The position numbers and the translations under genes were made by a program. Shown here piece after piece: positions 17,826 to 28,423 of a DNA stretch of 64,000 bases. The notes under the pieces are model-generated. The model was not told where the DNA came from. It was given only the letters and a program-made list of their open reading frames with translations, and made no database searches. The stretch spans positions 6,888-70,887 of the forward strand of contig JAQTTB010000002.1 in assembly GCA_028710985.1 (NCBI GenBank), read 5' to 3'. Position 1 is the stretch's first letter. Every line of letters begins with the position of its first letter. This DNA is from Patescibacteria group bacterium. GTDB lineage: Bacteria > Patescibacteriota > Patescibacteriia > JAHJFT01.

Positions 17826-18887
17826 TCAAGACGCCGTCCGGCCCTTATAATTTTTCACTAAAATTAAACCCATTATTACCATCACGCCTGCCAAAACAAC
17901 CAATGCCACCATTTTATATTTACTCTGTAAAAAAAGCGTGGTTAAGCCAAAAATCGTCGCCAAAAGATAGAGTATAAGCACCGCCTGCCGCTGATTCAGT
18001 CCGATATCCAGCAGCCTGAAATGCAAATGCTTACGGTCGCCGCGGAACGGCGATCTTTTTTCAATAAAAATACGTCGAATAACCACCCATATTACATCCA
18101 GCACCGGGATTCCCATCACGAGCAGGGCGGTCGCGATCTTGCCGCCGGAGATAATCGCCAGAGTGCCAAGCAGGAATCCGCAAAGCGTACTGCCGGATTC
18201 GCCCAGAAAAATTTTAGCCGGATAAAAATTAAAAATCAGGAAGCCCGCCAGCGCGCCGGCAACAATCATGGCGAGCAGGGCAACGTCCGGCTGATAATAA
18301 ACCGTAAACAATGCAAGAAATGCTATCATCAGCGCCCCAATTCCGGTGATACCGGCCGCGAGTCCGTCCAGGCCGTCCAAAACCTTTGTCGTGTATATCA
18401 TAAGAAGTATCCAGACGAATGTCAGCAAATCCGACGGCAGCGTCAAGAACCACCATTCCCACTGATTGAGCTTTATTACTCCGCCGAACGGGTTAGTTAT
18501 CTGATCGATGCCCACGCCGGCCGCCACCAGGCTCCCTGCCGCAAGAATCGGCCAGACGAGCTGATATTTTGGACGAAGATTAAATTTATCGTCAAGAATT
18601 CCGCCGATCATCAGAAATATCGCGCCCGCAAGAACCCCGGCCAAATGCTTTGCCTTGATTGGACTATCAAAAACCACATCAAACCCAAACCAGCACACCG
18701 CAACTACTGCGACAACCGCCGCTAATATCGCCAAGCCGCCCATAAGTGGAGTCGGATTCTTGTGTATCTTTCTCTCCTCCGTGCCCGGGCGATCAATAAT
18801 ATTTAATTTTAAAGCAAGCCACTTTACAAGTGGCGTTAATATCAGTGTCAACGCGAACGCTGACAAAAAAACTATAAAATAGCTCAT
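17826..18887 (-). CDS. MraY/WecA-family phospho-sugar transferase (polyprenyl-phosphate, GT4)
   Basis: Motifs ILDDKFNL, VLDGLDGLAAG, FNFYPAKIFLGESGS and a His-rich segment; about 10 TM helices. Confidence 0.75.
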   Translation of the reverse strand: MSYFIVFLSAFALTLILTPLVKWLALKLNIIDRPGTEERKIHKNPTPLMGGLAILAAVVAVVAVCWFGFDVVFDSPIKAKHLAGVLAGAIFLMIGGILDDKFNLRPKYQLVWPILAAGSLVAAGVGIDQITNPFGGVIKLNQWEWWFLTLPSDLLTFVWILLMIYTTKVLDGLDGLAAGITGIGALMIAFLALFTVYYQPDVALLAMIVAGALAGFLIFNFYPAKIFLGESGSTLCGFLLGTLAIISGGKIATALLVMGIPVLDVIWVVIRRIFIEKRSPFRGDRKHLHFRLLDIGLNQRQAVLILYLLATIFGLTTLFLQSKYKMVALVVLAGVMVIMGLILVKNYKGRTAS

Positions 18888-21625
18888 AGTTCCGCGGCCT
18901 TTTCAATGCGTAATTGACCTCCTTTTTCCAAATAAACAATATCGCGCCGTCCAATTTTTCCGGTCAATAAATAATTTGCCAGCGCGTCATTCACCCTCTC
19001 GTGAATCACTCTTTTTAATGGACGTGCGCCAAACAGCGGATCGAAACCCGCAGTGGCCAATTCCTCAGCCGCCTCTTCAGTGACCCGAAGATGAATTCCC
19101 TTCTCTTCCATTACGCCCTGAAGCTTTGAAAGCTGCAGCCAGGCAATCTGCAGAACCTCTTCGCGCGTGAGCGGCGCGAAAACAATAACTCCGTCAAAAC
19201 GGTTCAAAAACTCAGGACGGAAATATTGCTTCAGCTTCTCCTGGACCAGCGTGGTCTGGATCTGCGCAACCGGCGTATTTTTTTTAATCTCTTCCTGAAT
19301 AAAATCCGTACCCGCATTAGATGTCATGATGATAATCGCATTTGTAAAATCGACGGTCCGGCCGAGATTATCAGTTAACCGGCCGTCATCCATGACTTGT
19401 AAAAACGCGTTTAGTATATCAGGATGGGCTTTTTCGATTTCGTCCAGGAGTATCAGGGCAAAAGGCTTTTTGCGCACCATCTCGGTCAAAATTCCGCCTT
19501 CCTTATCGCCCGGCGCGCCAATCAGGCGGTAGATGCTGGTTTTTTCCTGATATTCGGACATGTCCAGACGAATCATATTATTCTCGTCGCCGAAATACAC
19601 TTCGGCTACGGTTTTTGAAAGTTCGGTCTTGCCCACACCGGTCGGTCCGAGAAACAAGAAATTGGCAATCGGGCGCTTCTTTTCCCGAAGTTCGGCGCGA
19701 GCGCGGCGCAGAGCCGCGGAAACCGCTTTCACGGCCTCATGCTGACCAATCACGCGCTTATGAATCTCATCTTCGAGTTTCAATAGTTTCTCGCTCTCTT
19801 CTCCGGTTATCGCGGTAACCGGCACTTTTGTTTTTTCAGTAATAATTTTCGCCGCGTCTTCGCCCGTGACTAAGGCTTTTTCTCCCCTGGTCTTCCTGAC
19901 CTCCAACGCCGCTTCTTTAATTATTTCAATTGCTTTATCCGGCAGATATCTTTCATGCATCAGCTTGGCGGTCAGCCGCACCGCTTTATCAATTGCATCG
20001 TAAGTGAAAAATACCTTGTTTTCATATTCAATGGAGCCGGCCTTGGCTTCAAGCACGCGAATTGCCGTATCCTCGTCCAGCTCACCGACGTCAATCTTTT
20101 GCATGCGATTGCCGAGCGTACGGCTTTCAATCGCGCGGGTATAATCACCGGGCCTTGAAGTCGCAATGGAAATAAAATATCCGCGGCCGAGTTCATTGGC
20201 AAAAACCTCAGCCAGGTCGATGCTCTGTTCACTGCCCGAAGTAATACCCACCATTTTATCAATATGCGGAACGACGAGAATTATATTGCCCGAAACACCG
20301 ACCTCATTCAGAACCTTCAAGAGCCTCTCTTCGGCCTCCGAGGCCGTGGCGCCGGAAACAAGCTGCGCCGTGCTTAAACTCACCAGTCTTTTATCCTGCA
20401 AAATCTTGGGCACGTCTTCCTGCGCCATGCGCTGGGCCAGGCCTTCGATGATTGCCTGCTTACCCACGCCGGACTCGCCGATAAGAATCGCACTCTGGCG
20501 GCCGCCCTCAATAATGCGCATCAGCTGATTGATTTCCGACGAACGGTTGACGCACGGACTCAAATATCCGTAAGTCGCCATCATAGTTAAGTCCGTGCTG
20601 AACCGGTCAAGCATTGGCGTGGCGATTGCCGTCATGGCACGGTTCATTGCGCCGCGCGGCTTAAGTCGCGCTGCGGCGCGAAATTCACGCCACTGCTCGG
20701 ACAATATCTCCTGGATCCTGATCCAGGAAACCACATTGTTAAGTTTTACGGTATCCACATCCAGGCCAAAGAGCAGTTCCTGCAGGTTTTGGTTTGCCGC
20801 AACAGCCTGCACGAACAATTCAATCGGTCCGATCAAGCGGTGCCGATGGTTATAGGCGTCAACATATGCCCCGAGCACCGCGGCCCTGAGCGCGTCTGAC
20901 CAGACCAGTCGGCCGCCGGCCGCCGGCGGTAGTTTGATGAGCATACCACCCAGGCTTTCCTGCAATTTCTTCATATCCACGCCAAGCCGTCCAAAAACCA
21001 ATCCAATTTGCGGAGTAGAAAGCAGACTGGCAAACAAATGCGCTGGTTCAACCACGCCGTGCTTGAAATTTTGGGCCAACTCATAAGCCCGCTCCAGGCT
21101 GCGCCAAGCCGAAATATTAATTGAACGCGTCACGTCAACACGCTGTTTGGCTACGGCCGCCTGTTCCCAGGGCGCGGCGGCCAAGGCATCTAGGTTGATT
21201 TCTTCTTCTTCGTAGCCGCGGCGCGGAATTTTAATTAAAGCTTCTCCCTCAAGAGCAAGCCGGTAAAAAACAAACGTTAATATCGCCAAACCGATCCAAA
21301 AAATCAAGATTCTGACGTTAGGATTCAGCCAGGTCGCGACTTCGGCCATGGGCAGCCAGCCAAAATTATAAAAATAAATTCCCGTTTGCACGATCGCCAA
21401 TACAGCCAGAATCAATATTGCAAAATTCACAAAATTATTTGCCGCACGGCGCCAGCGATTGAATATAATCTCAAACGGATCAATGTTCTTCCCCCAATAT
21501 AGAAATATAAGTGGCAGGCTTAACCCAAATCCGATGCCACGGCAGACCGAACACACGATATTGCCGTCGATTCCCGAACCAGCGCATTTTGGGCATTTAC
21601 TAATTTTTTGCTCAAGATTTTCCAT
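18884..21625 (-). CDS. ClpB/ClpC-family AAA+ ATPase with N-terminal zinc ribbon and two TM helices
   Basis: CPKC..CSVC zinc ribbon, two hydrophobic helices, two Clp_N repeats, two Walker A motifs (GESGVGKQA, GPTGVGKTE); 913 aa. Confidence 0.8.
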   Translation of the reverse strand: MENLEQKISKCPKCAGSGIDGNIVCSVCRGIGFGLSLPLIFLYWGKNIDPFEIIFNRWRRAANNFVNFAILILAVLAIVQTGIYFYNFGWLPMAEVATWLNPNVRILIFWIGLAILTFVFYRLALEGEALIKIPRRGYEEEEINLDALAAAPWEQAAVAKQRVDVTRSINISAWRSLERAYELAQNFKHGVVEPAHLFASLLSTPQIGLVFGRLGVDMKKLQESLGGMLIKLPPAAGGRLVWSDALRAAVLGAYVDAYNHRHRLIGPIELFVQAVAANQNLQELLFGLDVDTVKLNNVVSWIRIQEILSEQWREFRAAARLKPRGAMNRAMTAIATPMLDRFSTDLTMMATYGYLSPCVNRSSEINQLMRIIEGGRQSAILIGESGVGKQAIIEGLAQRMAQEDVPKILQDKRLVSLSTAQLVSGATASEAEERLLKVLNEVGVSGNIILVVPHIDKMVGITSGSEQSIDLAEVFANELGRGYFISIATSRPGDYTRAIESRTLGNRMQKIDVGELDEDTAIRVLEAKAGSIEYENKVFFTYDAIDKAVRLTAKLMHERYLPDKAIEIIKEAALEVRKTRGEKALVTGEDAAKIITEKTKVPVTAITGEESEKLLKLEDEIHKRVIGQHEAVKAVSAALRRARAELREKKRPIANFLFLGPTGVGKTELSKTVAEVYFGDENNMIRLDMSEYQEKTSIYRLIGAPGDKEGGILTEMVRKKPFALILLDEIEKAHPDILNAFLQVMDDGRLTDNLGRTVDFTNAIIIMTSNAGTDFIQEEIKKNTPVAQIQTTLVQEKLKQYFRPEFLNRFDGVIVFAPLTREEVLQIAWLQLSKLQGVMEEKGIHLRVTEEAAEELATAGFDPLFGARPLKRVIHERVNDALANYLLTGKIGRRDIVYLEKGGQLRIEKAAEL

Positions 21626-21626
21626 T

Positions 21627-22052
21627 TTATGTAAATTCGATAAATTGCAAAACGATCATAATCGCTAAAAATACCGGCCAGGCAATATAAACGGCAAAAA
21701 CAATCAGTGCAGCTATCGCGCAACCGATCAAGCCGATTGAGCGAATAATAATCATAAAAATTCTCATCAAAAAACTGATGATGCGTCCGGGGATATCCGA
21801 CACGGCGTACATTGGCCGGAAAATATTGACAATCCAGACGCGCACGGCAAGCCGCATCTCCATACCGCCCACGAACTTAAATAAAAAAACGGCCACGCGT
21901 ATCAATCCGCGCGTGTACCACCAAACCGGAAAATAAATCACATTGCCGGCAATATCCCACACAAGGGATTTTATCAAAATAAGTGTATTTGATTGAATCA
22001 TGGCGCCATTATACCAAAATTTTGGTTCAAAATAAACATCCCCATCCACCAT
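21627..22052 (-). CDS. hypothetical polytopic membrane protein upstream of the Clp ATPase (start uncertain)
   Basis: Hydrophobic ORF ending 1 bp before the Clp start; the longest ORF extends to 22160. Confidence 0.4.
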   Translation of the reverse strand: MVDGDVYFEPKFWYNGAMIQSNTLILIKSLVWDIAGNVIYFPVWWYTRGLIRVAVFLFKFVGGMEMRLAVRVWIVNIFRPMYAVSDIPGRIISFLMRIFMIIIRSIGLIGCAIAALIVFAVYIAWPVFLAIMIVLQFIEFT

Positions 22053-22113
22053 GGACATTATTTTAACGATATGCTTAAATGATCTGAAGGGCTCTTTCAA
22101 AAGGGAGGTTATC

Positions 22114-22941
22114 ATGGCCAATACTACCCCTGAACCCATTCTCTTGGTACTAAATCCCATTGCTCCATTTGAACTGATATTTTTCGGCTTACTGAGGCAG
22201 CTCCTGAGGAATCTGGGCTACAATGCGCACATCCTCAAGGTCGGGATCCCGCGCGATATCACGGGCCACAATTTGTTCACCTATTACACGACCAGGTGCA
22301 AATCCGAAACCCTCCGCATCGGCCGATACCTCGACCGGCCCATCACCCTAGTCGGATTATCAGCAGGCGGTGAAATTTGCCTCGAAACCGCGTCTTTCAA
22401 CCCCGAATTCGTGAACAAAATAATCCTGCTGGACTCCTACCTTTTTACCGAAGCTCAGAATCGCGTCGACATGATCTCGTACCGGCTCATCATCGCCTAT
22501 CTCAAAGCATTGGCCGGCCTAAAAAATAACCGGCTGGATAATCTGGGCATGCGCTTCCTTTTCTGGACGCAGGCCAAGGCCGGCGCGACCTTCCGGCAGA
22601 ATGTTGCGGCCATTGAGATGGCCAACGCGGGATTTGATTCCCTTGAGCCGTCCCGACACTTTGACGAGCTGCGCCAGGCGACCGTTGAGCTTGATCCCGC
22701 CTACCTTGCCAAGGCAATGGAAGACTGGCTTATCACCATCGCTAACTACGACTACGAGAGCCGGATCAACTACCTGCAGGATCGCATCTACTGTTTCCCG
22801 GCCACGGCTAACGCCAAACAGCTGAAAGGGAAAATCAAGCGCGTCAGCAAAATCCGGGACTGCCAACACATCGTTCCTTTGGACCGCCCGATCACCTGCC
22901 GCGACATCATCGCCGATGTCCTGAACGGCAAGTACGACTAA
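22114..22941 (+). CDS. alpha/beta-hydrolase fold protein
   Basis: GLSAGG nucleophile elbow. Start taken at MANTTPEP to avoid overlap with the upstream gene. Confidence 0.55.
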   Translation: MANTTPEPILLVLNPIAPFELIFFGLLRQLLRNLGYNAHILKVGIPRDITGHNLFTYYTTRCKSETLRIGRYLDRPITLVGLSAGGEICLETASFNPEFVNKIILLDSYLFTEAQNRVDMISYRLIIAYLKALAGLKNNRLDNLGMRFLFWTQAKAGATFRQNVAAIEMANAGFDSLEPSRHFDELRQATVELDPAYLAKAMEDWLITIANYDYESRINYLQDRIYCFPATANAKQLKGKIKRVSKIRDCQHIVPLDRPITCRDIIADVLNGKYD

Positions 22942-22946
22942 CGCAA

Positions 22947-22977
22947 AAATCGCCTCCCTTGGGGCGATTCTTTTTTA
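22947..22977 (+). terminator. rho-independent terminator
   Basis: AATCGCCTCCCTTGGGGCGATT followed by CTTTTTT. Confidence 0.55.
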
Positions 22978-23279
22978 TAAATTCTATTTATTCCTTACCC
23001 ATCCCCTGCCCCTTCCCGCCGCGAACCCGCGTGGCTATTGTTCGTTCATCGGGGCGGGAAGGGGTTGGATTAAGAAGGGGCTTCGCCCCTTCTCGTATCC
23101 CCTCTTTACGAACGTCTAAAACAGAACATGGGGTTCGGGGTGGCTGCTAAGCGTCGTATAGAAACACAAAGAGTTGCCTAATGAAATAGAGAGCGCATCA
23201 GCCACCCCGAAACTTTTTGGTTACTTTTTGGTTACAAAAAGTAACGCGCCGAAGGCAAGAGAAAAGAGGTAAAGAGGTG

Positions 23280-24392
<1,113 letters not shown>

Positions 24393-24444
24393 CTAAAACA
24401 AAAACGCGCGATTGTCGAGTCGCGCGCCATCTAAAATTATATAA

Positions 24445-24795
24445 TTAACGATTGACCGCAACGGCGCCCGGTTTTTTTACATAGCGGACATTTTCCACCG
24501 GCACCATGCCCAGAGTCTTCACCCGCTCTTCCACGCTGTCCAAAGACTGCAATTCCGCGATTTCCAGCTCCACCTTGCGGCTGCTGTCTTCAATGGCCTG
24601 GATCTTTTTTTCCAAATCCCGAATTTTATATCCCTTGGTCGTCACCTTATTAACTTGCACAAGATAAAATCCTCCCATAATCATAACCAATATCATGGCC
24701 ACGATATTGAGGTTTGTGATTTTAAAGAGCTTCAAGAATGTATCTTGGCGCTTAATTTCGTGCCGGATGTTTGTCAGCTTTTGGAAAGGTGACAT
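24445..24795 (-). CDS. FtsL-like cell-division protein (single TM, coiled coil)
   Basis: Positioned mraZ-rsmH-ftsL; TM segment plus coiled coil. Confidence 0.5.
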   Translation of the reverse strand: MSPFQKLTNIRHEIKRQDTFLKLFKITNLNIVAMILVMIMGGFYLVQVNKVTTKGYKIRDLEKKIQAIEDSSRKVELEIAELQSLDSVEERVKTLGMVPVENVRYVKKPGAVAVNR

Positions 24796-24798
24796 ATT

Positions 24799-25698
24799 TT
24801 ATTTTTGTTTTTTAATTTTTTCGCAGACGCGCAATTTCGCGCTGCGTGATCTGGGATTTATGTTAATCTCCCGCTCCGATGGTTTTATGGGTTTTTTTGT
24901 AATTAATTTTACCGTTGCCGCCCGGGCCTGACGCCGCATGAACTGTTTGACGATCCTGTCCTCCAGGGAATGAAATGTGATGACCGCCAGGCGTCCGTGA
25001 TTTCCAAGCGCTGATAAAGCGTCGGGCAATGCCTGTTCCAGCCCCTCAAGCTCGCCATTGGTTTCAATGCGCAGCGCCTGAAATGTCCGCGTGGCGAAAT
25101 GCAATTTTGAATGAAGATATTTCCACGGAACCGACTTTTCAATCACTCCGACCAGCTCCAGGGTTGTCTCAATCAGCTTTTTCTTTCTCTGCCGGATTAT
25201 CTGGCGCGCGATCGGCCGCGCGTAGCGCTCCTCGCCGTAGAGCAAAAATATTCTGGCCAAATCGGCCTCGGAATATGTATTCACGATTTCCGCGGCGGTT
25301 ATTCCCTGCTCCGTATCGAACCGCATGTCCAGCGGTCCCTGCTCGTGAAAGCTGAAGCCTCGCTCCGGAGATTTAATCTGAACAAGCGAGTAGCCAAGAT
25401 CTAATAAAATTCCGCGCGCATCAAAATCCGGGGCAGCATACTGACGTATGTTTTTATAATTATCGTTGACTAATTTGATTCTTTTACCAAACTTCGAAAG
25501 GTAATGTTGCGCGCGGCGCAATGCGCCTTCATCGCGGTCGAAACCAAGCAGCCGTCCGTCCGGCGCCGTAAGTTCCAAAATCGCCGAGGCGTGGCCTCCG
25601 TCTCCAACTGTCCCATCAACGAAGTTCTGGTTCGGCCGCGGATCCAGAAACTTAATTGTTTCTTCCAGCAAAACTGGTTCGTGTTTTAATTCATTCAT
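24799..25698 (-). CDS. rsmH: 16S rRNA (cytosine1402-N4)-methyltransferase
   Basis: MNELKHEPVLLEE start. ORF trimmed from the 395-aa read-through to 300 aa. Confidence 0.9.
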   Translation of the reverse strand: MNELKHEPVLLEETIKFLDPRPNQNFVDGTVGDGGHASAILELTAPDGRLLGFDRDEGALRRAQHYLSKFGKRIKLVNDNYKNIRQYAAPDFDARGILLDLGYSLVQIKSPERGFSFHEQGPLDMRFDTEQGITAAEIVNTYSEADLARIFLLYGEERYARPIARQIIRQRKKKLIETTLELVGVIEKSVPWKYLHSKLHFATRTFQALRIETNGELEGLEQALPDALSALGNHGRLAVITFHSLEDRIVKQFMRRQARAATVKLITKKPIKPSEREININPRSRSAKLRVCEKIKKQK

Positions 25699-25741
25699 GG
25701 GAGAGTGGGAGAGAGGAACCAAGGGGTTCCTCTCAGGAGAT

Positions 25742-26038
25742 TTAAGCTGCGGAGGATATGAAGCAGTACACGGTGGTCGATGCCGCGCGCGACCTTCTCT
25801 CGGCCGCATGATGCTGCTCGACAATCTCGCCGGCAAGCCGGAAGGCTTCCTCGTGGTCGTCGGAAAAGATGACCCTGTTGCGCGGAAACTCATCGCGCAC
25901 CTCATCAAGCTGCTCTGCACTGCAGAGCAAGAGGTATATATCTTTTCCCAACGAGTGAGACCGGAGTACCATCGGATCGTACACATTCGACACCCAGATG
26001 ATTACGAATGCCTGGGTCGAAATTCTGACTTGTGTCAA
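25742..26038 (-). CDS. hypothetical 99-aa protein (GC-rich, TTG start) inserted between mraZ and rsmH
   Basis: AAAGGGAGGTG Shine-Dalgarno 5 nt upstream of a TTG start codon. Composition differs from its neighbours. Confidence 0.4.
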   Translation of the reverse strand: MTQVRISTQAFVIIWVSNVYDPMVLRSHSLGKDIYLLLCSAEQLDEVRDEFPRNRVIFSDDHEEAFRLAGEIVEQHHAAERRSRAASTTVYCFISSAA

Positions 26039-26095
26039 GATGCACCTCCCTTTGCTTAGCCCCGGGTTTTGAATAGTAAAACTCAAGACCCGCGG

Positions 26096-26527
26096 TTAAA
26101 CACCGAGTTCAGCCAACTTCTCCGAAATATCGGATGAAGACTGCTCGGTGTTTTTTGAATACTGTTCCCACGAGGCAGAATCCCAGATCTCCAAACGATT
26201 GTATAACCCAGCAATTACCGCCTCTTTGGAGAGGCCGGCATACTGGCGGAGATATTCGGGTAAATTAATTCTGCCCTGCTTGTCTGGGATTACATCCATT
26301 GCTCCGGCCAGCATAAGCCGAGCAAACGCCCGCGCTTTGGCCTGGGAAATGGGTAAATTCGCTAATTTATTGGCCAAGATCCTCCATTCGTCCATGGTAT
26401 AAACAAAAAGACATTTATCAATGCCTCTTGTTATCACCGCTCCCTTGGCTAAATCGGACCGGAATTTTACCGGCACGGCCAGGCGGCCCTTTTCGTCTAA
26501 ATTGTGTTTAAACTCGCCGATGAACAT
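26096..26527 (-). CDS. mraZ: transcriptional regulator MraZ
   Basis: 143 aa with duplicated SpoVT/AbrB-like halves. Confidence 0.9.
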   Translation of the reverse strand: MFIGEFKHNLDEKGRLAVPVKFRSDLAKGAVITRGIDKCLFVYTMDEWRILANKLANLPISQAKARAFARLMLAGAMDVIPDKQGRINLPEYLRQYAGLSKEAVIAGLYNRLEIWDSASWEQYSKNTEQSSSDISEKLAELGV

Positions 26528-26551
26528 AAAATAGCTAAAAATCCCTTAGAG

Positions 26552-26665
26552 TTATCCACAACTAAACCAAGTTATCCCCACATCTCACCATCATTAACCC
26601 CTACATGCATATTATACCCCATTTTTCCCCACCCGTCCACCATTCAAATGCCGCACTTATCCACA
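26552..26665 (+). promoter_or_regulatory. cluster of DnaA-box 9-mers upstream of mraZ
   Basis: TTATCCACA (26552-26560), TTATCCCCA (26572-26580) and TTATCCACA (26657-26665), all in the same orientation within 115 bp. Confidence 0.4.
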
Positions 26666-26675
26666 ATCTTCCACA

Positions 26676-26711
26676 AATAAAAAAGACCGGCCATGCTGCC
26701 ATGGACCGGTC
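26676..26711 (-). terminator. rho-independent terminator of the 26775..27737 gene
   Basis: Imperfect hairpin GACCGG(C)CATGG...CCATGG(A)CCGGTC (1-nt bulge on each arm) followed by a T-run on the minus strand. Confidence 0.5.
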
Positions 26712-26774
26712 AGAACAAGAAACCATCCCCTAGCTGGGTACCGAAGCGTCCGGGCTCAACCGCTTGTCGACCCC

Positions 26775-27737
26775 CTACCCAAGATTCGCATCAATTTCTG
26801 CCGCTTCGAACACTGCCAGACGCATCGCCAGATCGTCACGAATCTTTTTCGCCTGCTTGGACCTGATGAATCGCTTGGTCGCGTCCAATTGGCCGATAGT
26901 CTCCTCCAGAAGTTCGCGTTCGTGCCGCTTGGCGGCCAACAGCGCCTCCATCACCTCTTCACGCTCGGCACGAATTTCGGCAATTTCTCGCCGACGTTCG
27001 CGCACTTCTCGGAGTAGGTTTGGCACTTCATGCCGCCACTCCTGAATACCGCCATGTATCTGATGCGCGAATCGGAGTGTCTCACCCACGGTAAGTGCGA
27101 TTGCGTCGCCTTTCCCGTCGATTAGCTCGACATACTGTCCGGCTATCGGATCAGTAATCGGTTTGGGCGCACGAACGCGCCAAGCCATTGTCAGCAGAAG
27201 ATAATCGCTGGAGTCGCAATAGAACAGCTGACCCTGCCTGCGTCTGAACCAGCCGCCAAGCGGTACACGGAGGAAGTTATTGTGTTTTCCCCTTGCAGCT
27301 AACGCGGAAGATGATTCAAGCGATCTATTTTTGAGCGACATATTTCCGCGCGAGACAATAATAACGCCGACGTCCGGGTCCACTCCCTGATTATCGAGAA
27401 TCCAGAACCACGCGTCGTAGCCCACGACGTTGCGGCGCCAGCAGGGAGTTATCTTTTCTATCTCTAAAAGTACCAACCCTACGCCGAAAAGTCCGCCCAG
27501 GACGAACCCTGCAGCCGTAACAAATAAAATAATAACGTCCATTCCCGATACTTGGTTTGGCATATGTGTGAGTATCCACAGATGCCAAACAAGGGACGGG
27601 ATGGCTAACGACAACAGGAGCATACCGATTAGTGCGATCTTCATCTTTCCCAGCTCCACCAGCCCCAATTCCATGGGAACCGCATCCTCGAGCCCCTCAG
27701 GCATCTTGTTCTCGTTCCTTTTCTCGTTCTCGCTCAT
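26775..27737 (-). CDS. hypothetical membrane protein (2 TM plus bPH-like and coiled-coil regions), GC-rich
   Basis: Start chosen at MSENEK, which has a GGAAAGGAAAC Shine-Dalgarno. The longest ORF extends to 27884. Confidence 0.45.
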   Translation of the reverse strand: MSENEKRNENKMPEGLEDAVPMELGLVELGKMKIALIGMLLLSLAIPSLVWHLWILTHMPNQVSGMDVIILFVTAAGFVLGGLFGVGLVLLEIEKITPCWRRNVVGYDAWFWILDNQGVDPDVGVIIVSRGNMSLKNRSLESSSALAARGKHNNFLRVPLGGWFRRRQGQLFYCDSSDYLLLTMAWRVRAPKPITDPIAGQYVELIDGKGDAIALTVGETLRFAHQIHGGIQEWRHEVPNLLREVRERRREIAEIRAEREEVMEALLAAKRHERELLEETIGQLDATKRFIRSKQAKKIRDDLAMRLAVFEAAEIDANLG

Positions 27738-27930
27738 CTTGGTTTCCTTTCCAACTTCCGCCTCGGGCGGAAAAGTGGGTGGCGCGGTGGAAGAGCCTTT
27801 CCTGATCCCGATAGCCCCAATGGCAATCAGGGGGGACAATCTCTTCAGCCCGCCGGGGAATTTTGTTTTTAAGGATCTCGACACTAAACATTAGCACTCT
27901 TTTTTCAAAATGTCAATACTGTCATGTTTT

Positions 27931-28330
27931 CGTCATTCCCGCGAAGGCGGGAATCCAAGCGCAATATACCGGGGGTATCTCAGTCAATATTATCGTACAA
28001 ATCACTCCAGAGAGGATTAAAATCCTCTATCAATCTAATCTTCCAACTGCGGTTCCATTTCTTTAATTGCTTTTCCCGCATAATTGCTTCTTCAATGCTC
28101 TCGTACATTTCGTAATATACTAACTTATTAATATAATGCTGCGCCGTGAAAGCGCTGTCTTCGCCTTGCTTATGCTCAAATACCCTGCGCTTTAAATTAT
28201 TCGTTACGCCAATATACAAAGTCCCGTTTCTATTGCTTGCGAGAATGTACGTATAAAATTGATAATAATCGAGCATCTGTACTATTTATTGTTTTCTGGT
28301 AGCTTATAGTATCTGGATTCCCGCCTTCGC
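27931..28330. mobile_element. 400-bp mini-element: 26-bp perfect hairpin-containing TIRs flanking a GIY-YIG nuclease gene
   Basis: CGTCATTCCCGCGAAGGCGGGAATCC at 27931-27956 and its exact reverse complement at 28305-28330. Each TIR folds as ATTCCCGC-GAAG-GCGGGAAT. Confidence 0.55.
27980..28276 (-). CDS. GIY-YIG nuclease family protein (COG2827-like, 98 aa)
   Basis: GTLYIGVTNNLKRRVFEH GIY-YIG motif. Confidence 0.8.
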   Translation of the reverse strand: MLDYYQFYTYILASNRNGTLYIGVTNNLKRRVFEHKQGEDSAFTAQHYINKLVYYEMYESIEEAIMREKQLKKWNRSWKIRLIEDFNPLWSDLYDNID

Positions 28331-28423
28331 GGGAATGACGGAAGAGTGATTTGCGTTAAAAAGCGATGCATGCCAGAATTTGACTTTATGCAAATGGAGT
28401 AGGAGATAAAAAACGCGATTTGT

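Noticed and set aside
25697-26059. Plus-strand ORF 25697..26059 between rsmH and mraZ
   Set aside because: The overlapping minus-strand ORF has a strong Shine-Dalgarno plus TTG start and is co-oriented with the dcw operon. The plus-strand translation is low-complexity.
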